The notes under the pieces were generated by a model, which saw only the letters and a list, made by a program, of their open reading frames with translations, did no database searches and was not told the origin of the DNA. The translations under genes and the position numbers were made by a program. Positions 38,701 to 49,578 of a stretch of DNA of 64,000 nt are shown piece by piece; the first letter of the stretch is position 1, and the number at the start of each line of letters is the position of its first letter. Source of the stretch: Perna viridis (lineage: Eukaryota); NCBI GenBank assembly GCA_037379345.1, contig CM074515.1, forward strand, positions 42,785,743 to 42,849,742. Reading direction: 5' to 3'.

Positions 38701-41700
38701 TCATCATCAATATCACTATATTCTAAATCCCTCCTGAAACAATTCTGTAGATCCAACACTTTCCTTATCCCACCCTGAATTCACCCTATAAATGTTCCCT
38801 ACAGCCAACACTTTTTATACCCCTCCCTGTAGGTTCCAATCTAATATCCAACACTTTCCATATCCCACCTTGAGTTCACCCTATAAATGTTCCCTATAGC
38901 AAACATTTTCAATACCCCTCTCTGTAAGTTCTGGTCTTATATCCATCAATCTCTATATCCCTCCATGGGTGCAATCTGTACATCTGGACCAAACACTTCA
39001 TAACCCTCCCAGTGAGCTCTCTATATCCAACACTCTCCTTACCCCTCTGAAGGAGCTCTCTCTCTCCATCCAACATTCTCCATAACCCACTTACAGAGTT
39101 CTCTCAGTATCCAACACTTTCAATTACCCTAACAGTGTGCTTTCTGCACTTCCGGCCCTATATCCAACAACCCATCACGTCACCCCAAAAGTCTTCCCTG
39201 TACTTCTGGTACCCTCTATTGATTTATGAGCATTGGTTTTAAATTACAGATCAAAGACACAGCTTTTTAAGATAAATGACGAAAATATAAAAATTAAAAT
39301 GAATATGTTGTTTGGACTTTGGCTGTTTCCTAAAGGCTAATGTTCCTTCTTAGCATTAAATACACATTAACGAAGATCACCATCTAAATATTTCTAAAGG
39401 TGTCGATTGAGTGTTATGCAAATGTCCCCATAAGCCTTTGTAGAAAACTTTTGGCTGAATGCATCGGGAAATTTGACTTTTGAACATAAATCAAGAAATA
39501 ATAGGGGATTTGAATTAAAGGAGGTGTTTTGAGAAATGTTTGTAAATGCTCTTTATACTAGGGTTTGTGTCCCAGCAGATGATTTTGTACTCTGTAATAC
39601 TGATCGGTAATAGTCCAAAACTAGTCGAGGGCACACAGGTAGAAAATCTTATTCATGACTGATCCTCTGTTCAGAAAATTCTTGTTCACCTAGATGTTTT
39701 GTTTTATAGATATCAGTCCATGTATGACTATATCCTTAGTGAATCTGTACCAAGCATTATATGATAGATGTGGAATTAAAACCTCATTTAACACAATAAG
39801 TGGCTTGAATAAGCAAGTATTCAGCTTTATGGAGTATTTTGAAGTAGTCTTTCTCAATGAGACAATATCCTACTCAGAAGACTGGTGACAAATATGTATT
39901 GTCATCCAGAATAATAAGTAATAACTTTGGTACATGTGAGGGCAAGAAGAACATATATTTATTCCTCCAAAATTAAATATGTTGAAAACAGTTCATTTGA
40001 AATGAATTGCCCAAATTCTTCTCACTGTTAGACAGCCTAGCCTTGACAAAGAATGTACTTAGTTTATTTTTCTTCAATAAATCAGGGTCTGATATTAGCA
40101 GAGGCCCACTCACCAATGTCCCTTAAAATTTGGTGTGAGCTACTAGAATTTTTACTGTAATTGTAAAGAACTATACATTTTGGCTACCAAGCCAAATTTT
40201 TCAGTTAAAACCCTGCAAATAGTAAGCCAAATTTTCAGGTTAAAACCTTGTAAATAGTTAAAATGCAATTTTCTAGAAAACTTATTTTGAAGAAATAAAA
40301 CCGATATGTCCTGCCACTTTTCAGGTCTTCACTCTGATGTTTGATACTACTTTATACAAGTGCTTCTAATGACCAAAAAGGAATATGGTAGAGAATTCAA
40401 GATTGTGCAGAAAAACAAAACTGCAACCACAATTAATTCCATGCATACTCATGAAAGTCTGATTGTAATCACAGATATTACACTCCTGCTTGATATTCAA
40501 CAGACAATATAAGCTTAAAGGACAGAAAATGGGCCATTACTGTTAATAATTGTCACTGCTGTTTTCACTTGAAATTTTGGTTATCATGCATGACAGATCT
40601 ACACAGCATCAACATACTTCTGACAGTTCCTACATGTGATTATGTTGTTATAGTGATGTTTTGAGCATTTAGCTACACCTTTCTATTCCAGCTGTCTTTG
40701 TATAGCACAGTGTTATGCTTATTATTCAATCAGAAAGTAATTGTAGAATGGTTATATGTAGTAAAAAGAAGCCAACATTTTATTCTTTTTAAGTAGCTGT
40801 CTTTGTAAGAATCATGCAAAATTTGAAAAATGTAATACACCCCATAAAAAGGCTATATATTTTTGTAATTAAATTGTTTTAAGGATCTATACTATGAAAT
40901 GTGTACTTATTCATTCAAATCTGCCTGCTCTTAGGAGATAATCAACACTGAAAATCCAGTGGATTCTATTGTATTTGAGTGTCCTTTACAGAGTTGTCTC
41001 CCTTAATTTTGAATTCTACAGTGCATTCTATACAATTTTTATCTCCTATGAGCATGGGTTATACGAAAAACCAAATGTTAATTTCTGTTTACTAAAGCAT
41101 TTTAAACAAAATGTCAAAAATAAAAATATGTAGGCTTTCCAATCATGAATCACATTTTGCATGATTCTTAGCTGGAGTGCTACTTCAGTAAAAACTAAAG
41201 CTCAATTTTCACATAGTTTCGAAGTTTGATAATTTCATTGGTAGACGTTATGAAAACAAACATATTGATGAAACCTTTTTCACTTAATTCTTAATGTCAA
41301 CTTCAGCATCACCTTATTAGGATCATTTGTACTACTTCAATGACAACAGAATGTATATGGACAAAAATTGACACCGCTTCACATATTGAAAATTATGACC
41401 ACAAATAAGAAGAAACATGTTTTGTGGTTTGTGTGGAGATTCCATGCAATAAAAGTCACACTTTTTCCAATAACAAAATTCAGTAATGTCACATTTTAAT
41501 CACTTTACTTGGCATTTAGTTATTGTCAATTTCATCCAAGGTTTATTCAGGACAAAATATTAATCAATCATAAAATCATGATGCAGATTTTTAACTTTAT
41601 CACTAAAGAGCTCCAAAAATGACAGCTACTTTGCAGTAAATCATGAATTTAATGTTACTGGTCAGTCAATAAATAAGCCAGAATTGTCACAGATAGTAAG

Positions 41701-43892
41701 AAATATATTATTTTTATTCATGCATTCTGTCACAAAAGGCAGGAAAAACAACAATAATTCACCTAAGGTTATGATAAATAGACACTAATTTTGAAAGAAG
41801 CAATTACAATACCTTTCCCATTCCAACATGTAAAAGACCAATTAGAGAAATTACCATAAGAAGAGGAAGACATTAGGAATAAATCTATCATGTATGATAG
41901 AAGATGGAAAGCTAAGAGTACAGTATCATGGTACTGCCATTATATGGCAAGAATATGGTATTGTAGTCCACAAGAACGTGACATTTTATAGATTTTCTGA
42001 ATCAAATCCATACAACTCTTTCAGTGGGTTACACTTTAAAAATAAACATTTTTTTTTCTTAAAATACAGAAATGTGAACAAGATTTAAAACAGAAAGGAT
42101 CATTTCACAAAATAATTCTATTTATACAACTATATAACCATCCCCCTTTTTATATTCACTGATGCAGAAAGACAAAGGTAAAGGAAAGTGTCATTACTAT
42201 GATCTAGAATAAAATTCCCATAAATAAAAAACATATCTGATGTTTTTACCAAGCGGATCCATAGTGGGTTCAAAATACAATGAGAGGCCTACTAGAAAAA
42301 GTGGACTTCTTTAGGGGGTCACAAATCAATCTGGTACATAAGAACATATTCCATATGTGAATAATGAAAAGTGTAAATTTATGCTGACCTGTCTGGCAAA
42401 GTACATAGAATGCCTCAAAAATATAATTTTACATGACTTAAAAACCTTATTGAAACCTCTGCTACCAAACAAGAATATGTTATTTCCACTCCAATTTTTA
42501 AGTGATAGTTCTACTCAACATTTGTAAACACCATTCCCAACACTCCCCTAAAGGTGGTTCACTTAAAAACATAACATTCAATTTGGTTATCCCAAAAATG
42601 CCTTTCCTAAATTGGGTAAAAGATCATTGAAATCTATCCTGCATTACACACTTAAAAAACAACTCAATACCCTCATAATGATGAATGATAAAATCCATGT
42701 TTTTTTTAAATTTTTTTTTCAGAAAAGGATTTAAGTCTAAAAATTACCAAATAGTGAGTCAATTTTTATACTTTGCCTATAGGCTCTATTAAAAATGAGT
42801 GCAATGAATGCCAGTAATAGTCAGGTGAAACTAAACACCATCTGATAGCGTTAATATACAGCCAATATTATTTTCTATAAATCAAAAAGATTTCACAGCC
42901 AAATAGAAATTTTTACTTTAATGGTTTAACTGAAAACTGATCAAAGCTTTTTAGTAATTGTATATTTCACCATTGATTTATTCATGACTTGTTTGAGGTA
43001 ACTTAAGGATGCAAAAATGTTGCTTTACACTGTACATTGTGTTTATTTTTTCAAGTTAAAGATGCATTGGAAAGATCTGATGAAATTGAGCTTTGAACCC
43101 CCCCCCCCAAAAAAAAAAAAAAAAAAAAAAAAAGTAGTGGTATGTGATAATATAAATACTTAGTTGGCCCTCATCACTGTGACAGAATTAAAAATCAGCC
43201 TTTCAACTTATTTCAGAACTGCCAACAATTTTTGGTTAACTTGCAGGTTTTGTCAAAATATGCATGTGGTCAAGATATATAGCTATATGATCCATCTCAT
43301 TTACAACAGCCCATATGTCCATATGTTTGAGATCATATACACATGGCCACAATACCTTAATGGTCTGTAATATATATATTTCAGACTAATAATCAATTGA
43401 GTAGACCATAATTTGCACTTAACATGCCAGCTTATGATAAAAACAATTCCCAAGAACACAACTGGTCAACCTAACTCAAAATTCCCAATCCAATCCAAGC
43501 AGTCTGCACTCTTTTTCCCACAATTCCTAATCCAATCCAAGCAGTCTGCACTCTTTTTCCCACAATTCCTAATCCAATCCAAGCAGTCTGCACTCTTTCT
43601 CCCACAATCTGGGCACAAAAAGTTAAGCATCAACATTCAGCTTTGAAGTCATACAACTTTCATCCCTGATGGGTTGTTGTCTTTTTGACATACTCACCAT
43701 ATCTATTCTCTTTATAACTTCTAAATGACAACAGGAATTTCTCCCCCCCCTTTCTCTGAGATCTAACATGATTTTTAATTATTCCTTGTCATAACACTAA
43801 CACTTACCATTAGACAAACCGTTGACGATTACGATGAGGATCCATAGAACGAGACCCTCCAATAGCATCCTTCTGATGCCCTCGCTCATCAT
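14650..43892 (-). CDS. ihog: Gene model: interference hedgehog (Ihog/Boi, CDON/BOC family) Hedgehog co-receptor; 13 coding exons, 2967 nt, 988 aa; SP-4xIg-2xFN3-TM-cytoplasmic tail
   Basis: All 12 introns are GT-AG with compatible phases and the ORF is continuous. Four Ig domains with C...W/F...(D/E)xGxYxC motifs, FN3 start MVPPSAPDVYQLSDTSVKLNW, FRIAAVYSNNDNKVGPNS and CFNSAGMSDFSN are characteristic of Ihog/CDO/BOC. The 4 Ig + 2 FN3 layout matches Drosophila Ihog/Boi. Confidence 0.9.
14806..15016 (+). mobile_element. MITE family A copy 2, last ihog intron
   Basis: ttaa-GGAGGT...ACCTCC-ttaa; same internal sequence as the other copies. Confidence 0.88.
15290..15683 (-). CDS. ihog: ihog exon 12: cytoplasmic tail with KHKRRRKR and DQATNTD motifs
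   Basis: Acceptor tttgcag|, donor ATG|gtaagt; phase 0 to 1. Confidence 0.87.
16024..16149. repeat. Tandem repeat 3 x 40 bp (CCTTAACTCTTCCCTAGTCCTGAAACCTGTTTTTGTTTTG), ihog intron 11
   Basis: Direct reading. Confidence 0.85.
16184..16428 (-). CDS. ihog: ihog exon 11: cytoplasmic tail
   Basis: Acceptor atcacag|, donor CAG|gtatgt; phase 1 to 0, open frame. Confidence 0.85.
16799..17011 (-). CDS. ihog: ihog exon 10: juxtamembrane linker and transmembrane helix
   Basis: LLYMILGIVFGVLMLLLIVFIFMCWW followed by basic stop-transfer KQRQQRR; acceptor tttatag|, donor G|gtatgt. Confidence 0.92.
17456..17681 (-). CDS. ihog: ihog exon 9: FN3 domain 2
   Basis: YIPVKSSPIEGFFLYYKP...LQPGTEYSIKMKCFNSAGMSDFSN; acceptor atttcag|, donor AGG|gtaaga. 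Confidence 0.93.
17719..17900. repeat. Minisatellite, about 7-8 x 23-25 bp (TAGATGAGATTATATATTTTATGTG), ihog intron 8
   Basis: Direct reading. Confidence 0.88.
18304..18713 (-). CDS. ihog: ihog exon 8: FN3 domain 1 and start of FN3 domain 2
   Basis: MVPPSAPDVYQLSDTSVKLNW...FFRVQYR...FRIAAVYSNNDNK; acceptor ttttcag|, donor ACT|gtaagt. Confidence 0.93.
19049..19474 (-). CDS. ihog: ihog exon 7: Ig4 plus polybasic linker
   Basis: GESVKLRCQVSGSPKPEVIWYRN...DDSGLYQC; acceptor attttag|, donor CCA|gtaagt. Confidence 0.92.
19865..19975 (-). CDS. ihog: ihog exon 6: Ig3 C-half (GNLRIKNVTQEDVGTYLCKVDSGNGVHTVKDVYLKLI)
   Basis: Hand translation; acceptor gttgcag|, donor TTG|gtaaat. Confidence 0.9.
20353..20517 (-). 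CDS. ihog: ihog exon 5: Ig3 N-half
   Basis: GEDVTVECVAIGLPQPVVSWEKYGG; acceptor tttctag|, donor AAG|gtatat. Confidence 0.9.
24396..24552. repeat. Long inverted repeat (about 76-78 bp arms, 3-nt loop), ihog intron 4
   Basis: taagaattggcaat...tgtttgttgcac AAA gtgcaataaaca...atagccaattctta. Confidence 0.85.
24751..24950. mobile_element. Palindromic MITE family E copy 2
   Basis: aataggataatt...gtgaataaccgaaatat pairs with atattttggttattca...gattatcctat; similar to 13153-13306. Confidence 0.65.
27085..27476 (+). mobile_element. MITE family B copy 1 (about 390 bp, TTAA-flanked)
   Basis: Colinear with 40793-41183; subterminal IR TAAGAATCATGCAAAAT / ATTTTGCATGATTCTTA; ends GCTAC-ttaa. Confidence 0.85.
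27813..27915 (+). repeat. Interspersed repeat family H fragment, similar to 54128-54232
   Basis: aaaaaagcagaaa.tg...aaat..aaagtaaa.ata...tttgaaaaa.gc.gaa...gtctga shared by both loci. Confidence 0.6.
28000..28155 (-). CDS. ihog: ihog exon 4: Ig2 C-half (DHYRILSSGFLLIRNLTYSDQGIYRCIAVNPVSNQNRTSSHMISLKVQPFSQ)
   Basis: Hand translation; DxGxYxC motif; acceptor ttttcag|, donor AAG|gtaagc. Confidence 0.9.
29572..29736. mobile_element. Degenerate Tc1/mariner-like MITE family G
   Basis: ggtttagacaggtgttcggttta and terminal aggtttcactgt, shared with the copies at 60.4-61.8 kb. Confidence 0.55.
34655..34801 (-). CDS. ihog: ihog exon 3: Ig2 N-half (VLKRFQNRVDLHLNGTLGYSIVLPCQPPISSPEANIIFEFNGTILSTSS)
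   Basis: Hand translation; acceptor cttgtag|, donor CAG|gtaagt; 147 nt, phase 1-1. Confidence 0.88.
35503..35793 (-). CDS. ihog: ihog exon 2: Ig domain 1
   Basis: DTIPVFLEEPESAVI...VTLPC...WKFNG...EGIYQCIAE; acceptor ttttcag|, donor CAG|gtttgc. Confidence 0.9.
37517..37726 (+). mobile_element. MITE family A copy 3
   Basis: ttaa-GGAGGTAGACCTAGGGTAAGGGAC; right TIR slightly decayed. Confidence 0.87.
38655..39215. repeat. Degenerate C-rich tandem repeat (TATCCAACACTTT...CCCTC motif)
   Basis: About ten imperfect recurrences of atccaacact; higher-order duplication near 38751 and 38846. Confidence 0.7.
40083..40215. mobile_element. Short hAT-like MITE remnant (CAGGG...CCCTG) with duplicated right end to about 40258
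   Basis: Termini cagggt / accctg; aagccaaatttt.cag.ttaaaacc.tg.aaatagt occurs twice. Confidence 0.4.
40793..41183 (+). mobile_element. MITE family B copy 2
   Basis: ttaa-GTAGC...GCTAC; colinear with 27085-27476. Confidence 0.85.
43486..43609. repeat. Tandem repeat 3 x 42 bp (AATCCAATCCAAGCAGTCTGCACTCTTTTTCCCACAATTCCT), ihog intron 1
   Basis: Direct reading; explains the repetitive ORF 43413-43646. Confidence 0.9.
43808..43892 (-). CDS. ihog: ihog coding exon 1: signal peptide MMSEGIRRMLLEGLVLWILIVIVNGLSN (exon incl. 5'UTR 43965-43808)
   Basis: ATG at 43892, hydrophobic signal core, donor G|gtaagt, upstream acceptor ttttccag| at 43966; phase 1 joins the next exon. Confidence 0.82.
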
Positions 43893-46800
43893 ATTTTGTC
43901 ATAAAGACACACACAAGTCCAGAATCCACTCATTGAATCAGCTGATTACGTTCCACTGACTAAACCTGGAAAATAGAGAAAATTTCTTTGTAACTTACAA
44001 TTCAATATATCAAAAACCTTTTTTTAAACTTTGCTTGAAAAAGGTGTTATTTTCATCTCCTCCTGACATACTATTATTTCTAATGATTTTTTTTTACCAC
44101 TGAGCATTTATTCTGCAGGAGATTTTTCACCATTTCATATTTTCCTGCAACTTTCATGGGAGGAATAATTTCTCAGCCTATTCCTGATTTGAACTATTTT
44201 TGTACTCTCTAAGATAAAATTTCAATTCTAACGTGCTCCATGAAGCTCTATATTTTATCATCTTGGAGAATAAATTTAAAACACTCATTACTGAAAAAGA
44301 ACTTAAACATACATGTACATGTATATATGGTGCAAGAGAAGGTAAAACCCTTATAGAAAATGATAGAGATGTAATAACTGCTGGTTTGTAGAATGTGCCC
44401 TACTTCAATCCGCATTCACAATTTTAACAGAAGGCAGCAACTTTTAATAACAAAACACTGACCTCAAGACTATTGACATTAGACCCATCATGTTATATTA
44501 CATAACATGGCATATTGTAGTTTCAAAATGAAAAAGGTGTTTAAAGCCCATTAAACTACTTTCTATGGGTAAAAAATCTCACTAACATTCCACATGCATA
44601 GATAATGTTGCAATAAAATCAGCAACATAAGTGTGGATGTATACTGGTAGCAAACTCATAAATCTACATATGTTAGTCAATCTCAAAAGATTTTACAACC
44701 TTTTTCAAACAGAACTTGATAGCAGTCTACTCCAGTTATACACAGCCCCATCCACTTGGCAAAGATTTTTTTTATATTATGTAAATTATTTGTCTATAGT
44801 ATAAGATGGTAACACAGCAATATAGTGATATGATTTCCAGTTTTAATCAAATTAGAAAGGGTGGGGGGGAAAGGGTAATAGTAATGAAGAAAAAAAAGGT
44901 ACCATTACCACTGAACATATATGAACTTTAGGTTTTAATAGGTCTAATTGTGGGTCTATCCACCACCTGCATTTATCATGATAGTGTTCTTTTCCTTTTG
45001 TGACATATACAACAAAAAGAAAGACATATATGAGAAAATGTAAATAAAACCATTTCTATAAGCAAAAGATCTCTTAACCAAGCAATAGAAATACATCTCA
45101 GAACAAAAAAACATATCTTTGCATATGTATCATAAAGTAGCGATTAAAATATTTCCAAACAATTGATCAGAAAGATGTCGAACATATTCACATGTCAATT
45201 TGAATCGTTTTCCAAGAAATGACTGTACTCTCAAGAAAATGTGATTAACTAACTTGACCCAAATAGATTCAGCATTTTCCAATGCTTTTACCATAAAAAA
45301 CAAATTTGGTTGATTCCCATTTCATTACATCTTTCCTGTAACACATGTCAAAATTTATAGCCAATATGCCAAGTTTCATTGAAATCCGTTGCTATCCAAG
45401 TGTCCCAATATTGTAAATAATTTAGTCCACAAATGGGGCCAATCAACTATCTAAAAGTGTGAAATACTGGGTGACCCATTTAATCAATACCAAAACCAAA
45501 ACAAACATACCTCCAAAAGAGGAAACTTCCCAGTAAAATAAAAAAAATCATTTACTCCCTGCTGGCACAAAAAGAGGTTAAACCCTTAATATGGCTTCCC
45601 GCTGTTTACTGGATAATACAGGGATTAATGTAGTTATATACCCTGATCTAATCTGGCCAAGCTGATTGGTCATCTTCTTGATTATCATTGACCACTTTAT
45701 CAATTTGAAGATGGGCCAACTTAAACAGGTGAATAATTTTATCGGGAGATGAATGTGTACTATCTATCAACGGAGCTTGCCGGGGAACTCGAGCTGATAT
45801 CCATTCCTGTCAAACAAACTATCGCTACAGGGTGCAAAGCATAGCACAGTATAATGATAGAATACTATTGTGCAAACAAATCAGCTGATTATCTAGGGTG
45901 ACTTTGAAGAGTTACTTCACATGGAGCTCTCCTGTGAAGAAGATACAATCTAACTTTGATCCTTTTGTTTATACTTTTAGTTAGAAATCTTAAATTGATT
46001 GAAATCCAAAAGTAGGGAAAACAGACCAAGTCTTATCTGTTTGAAGACTATATAGAATGACATAGATAGCAAAATACAATTCAAGTAACTGCTGCATATT
46101 AACAAGTAAAAAAGGCATAACAATTTTGGGAAATAAATCAAATTTTCATTTTGTTCTACTATGCAAATTGACAGTATATCTACCTGTTTGAATAAAATTG
46201 TATCCAATACACTAAAAAAACCTCTATGAAGTTGATTTCACTCATAAGTAATGGGTGGAATGTACCAATTCAAAATGTTTCTCCTTAAGTCCAAAAGTAG
46301 AGGTCATTATGACATACAGAAAAGTCACATTACCTCTGCATACTTCCACTTCACCATGTTAATGACATTAATAGTACTAGATAACAGAAGGAATGTAAAT
46401 GCTCCAGAGAAATCAAACGGACCCTAATCAGGTGAAAGTGATTGATGACCAATGGATTCGGTCAGTAATAATCCCACCTGTGCCCTTATCATAGATAAAG
46501 CTGCTAAGAGACTGATTGACTTGTTAATCATTGGAGATTAAGCATGAATTTCAAGCTTTAAATTAAAGTCAGGATTTGGAGATATTTGCAGTGACCTTAG
46601 GTCATATTGTTTAGCATCACAACTTATTTCGTGGAAAATAAAGCAGAATTATGTAAAGTGCAAATCTTATCCAGTAAACTGAAAGATGATGTATGATAGA
46701 GTTCACAGTCATGTATACCAGTATATAACAACCTATCATACCAATGCATTTTGCATACCAAATTTCAAATCATTCCAATGACATATCCCCAAGTTTCAGC

Positions 46801-47589
46801 TAATGTAAATTTATGGAACAGGTACAACAGACAACAATGAAACTCATAAGCAAAAGGTTTAAATATGACAGCATCGAATTCCCGAAAGGATTATGAATAC
46901 TCCTATTGCCTATGCTTGAACAGTTTGGTTGAATTACAGAAAAAAACTTTTCAAGCAGCCACCCCCTTTAGCAAAGTCAAAAGGTGCCCCCTCTTTGGAA
47001 TTCCTAGATCCCCATTGACTCCCCAATAGTAAAACCCAAATTTCAATGCAAGTTTTAAACATCTAGAGAAACCTGATGATGATTCATAATCTGTTTACAA
47101 TGTTGTTGTGAAAGGTAGATAACTTTATATGTCTTATATTCTATTTTAATGACAGCTTGAAGTAGCTTTGAAATTCTAACTGATACCTATTCTTGCAGTA
47201 AACAATATTTTTTTCGATTTGTGAAAACTGAAGCTTGGGAAAATTACACAACTAGTATTACAAGATAAAATTTCATATCCCTTTCTAATCATCATCCCAA
47301 AGATTTGATAATGTAGTAATGGATATAGATTTATATTAGGCTAGTCTCTGTGGTGTGTGTGTAATTACATGTGAGGAGGTCAGTATTAAAACTAAAAATA
47401 TATTCCCTACGAGTGGATAATCTTTAAGCTCTACTTATTTGACAGTATGATAATCAGTGCCCAGTATTCAAATTAGTCAAGTTGTCCGCCCAATAAGTTC
47501 TTAGAGAGTTTGTAGCCATGCAAAGACCATTAAATACAAAGAGAAAAAGTATGGTGTATATGTCAAAGAAACAAAAACATTTGGGATAA

Positions 47590-47935
47590 AAATATCAGCC
47601 CAAGGCCATGCATTGGTCTTCAATGAATGATACAAGGTAATCCTCATACCACAAATCAGGCTGCAGCTGGCCCAAAAACATCTTTATACACAAGTAGTTT
47701 GAAAGTTTGTTTTTTCCTAGGTTCCCCATGCCAAAAATTAAAAAGGGTATATAACTACCACAAATTCTGTGGATCATAAGTTACTGGAACTATGCACAAC
47801 CACATGTTATGTCCTGACTACCTATATAGTTTCATGGAATTTGGTGCAGTAGTTTTTGAGATTGCACTTACAAAATTGTGAGGGACAGGACAAAAACAAT
47901 ATGTTTCCCTACTAAAATGGAGGGGAACAGAATTA
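47590..47935 (-). mobile_element. Degenerate Helentron/HINE-like remnant
   Basis: agtttcatggaatt...gcagtagtttttgag...ggacaggacaaaaacaatatgtttccc...ggggaaca end structure; pattern recognition only. Confidence 0.4.
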
Positions 47936-49011
47936 CAATTTTCCGACCAAGTACCAAAGTATTCCAATTATATCATACCCATAACACGTTTTCCAAATAC
48001 ACTTAAGCTAACAACTAACGTCTGCATATTAATTACATCAAAATTCAATGTCTCATTACGATGTTCTAACACCTTGCAAGACAGATATTACAGAATTATT
48101 CTACTTTATTTTGACAAATTTATACTAACACCTGATAATTTGTTGGAATTCCTGAAGGCTATTTCACCTTATGTTCGACCTATAGGCTATAGTTGTGTAT
48201 TAATGATTAAGATGAATCGTTTTTCTCACAACAAGTGACAATTCAAATATCCTCATTGGAATTCTCCTAGACTATTTTAAATGGAGAATCATGTTATCTT
48301 ATGTATCAGAACATGTCCTAAGAAAAAATTATTTACATTTTTGGTGTGAATTTTTCTCTGTCTGAAGTATTCATGTTCCATCATTACTGAGCTAAATGTA
48401 ATCTTGAAGACAAATTCCTCTCTTCCGAACAAGCTAGCCAGTACATTAATTTAAACTAGTGTGTACTATACAAGTAGAATATACATTTAACACTCTAGTT
48501 TGGTGTATATTTTGGTGTTTTTGTAATCCCCTCTTAACACCCCCTTAAAAAAAACAATAGGAATTTAGTATCAACCAGCATAAGGCTAAAACAGTCATAA
48601 GTTTCTTGCATTTATCACAATAAAGATGTTGAAAATTTCAAAATTCATCTTCCCCTGTCCCCCTCAAAATCTACCATTACCTCTAAAGCACCCCTCTTAC
48701 CTAATGACCTACTTAAAATAAAACATACATATACTGTATCTATTGTTGATACACAAATAACAAATCATACTGTTTTCCTTACTCAATCACTAATCCTGTG
48801 TATGTTATTGCAGTGAGACTAACCTCTCTCTATTAAGTACTTCATTCTTCTACGATAACATCTAATATCTACTGTCAAAACAATTTCCATGCTGCAATTG
48901 TGATCTCAGAATCCAAAGAAATTTGCATTAATTTTGGCATCTCTTTTTCCAAATTTGTTTTTTAGACTTTTATGATTCGCTATTATATTTTCCACCACCA
49001 CTTTTATTTAA

Positions 49012-49223
49012 GGAAGTAGACCTAGGGTAAGGGACAAAACTCTTACAAATCATTGGAATGTTTGTGTTTAGCATTTTACGTCAATGTCATGTAAGCATCA
49101 AAGTAACTTGGACTGATTTCATTCTGTGTCAAATAAAAGCTTGACAGGCTTTGGTGAAATTGAATATGATACAAACATATCACTGATTTCACGAGTTATG
49201 TCCCTTACCCTAGGTCTACCTCC
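49012..49223 (+). mobile_element. MITE family A copy 4, flanked by a perfect 46-bp inverted duplication
   Basis: ttaa-GGAAGTAGACCTAGGG...CCCTAGGTCTACCTCC-ttaa. Confidence 0.9.
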
Positions 49224-49578
49224 TTAAATAAAAGTGGTGGTGGAAAATATAATAGCGAATCATAAAAGTACAAGAAGTTGTAGAAGTACATGTAGCTGTC
49301 CATATAAGAATATTTAAGTGGTGATACATGAGTCGAAAGATGACATATTTTCATTCCTAATAATTTACTTGAAATGGTTCAGAGTATTTTCAAATAATTG
49401 GGGCCAAGGGGAATGTTTACATTTTGTTGTAAGGGAAAATAATTCCTTAATACGCAACATTCCATCACTAAAATGTCAATATCTTACATCCTACTAAAAA
49501 ATATGTTACCATAATGGAGAGTGCATTTCTCAATCTCTCAGTTATATTTGTGTGAAACTTATCAATAGACCATCTTAA

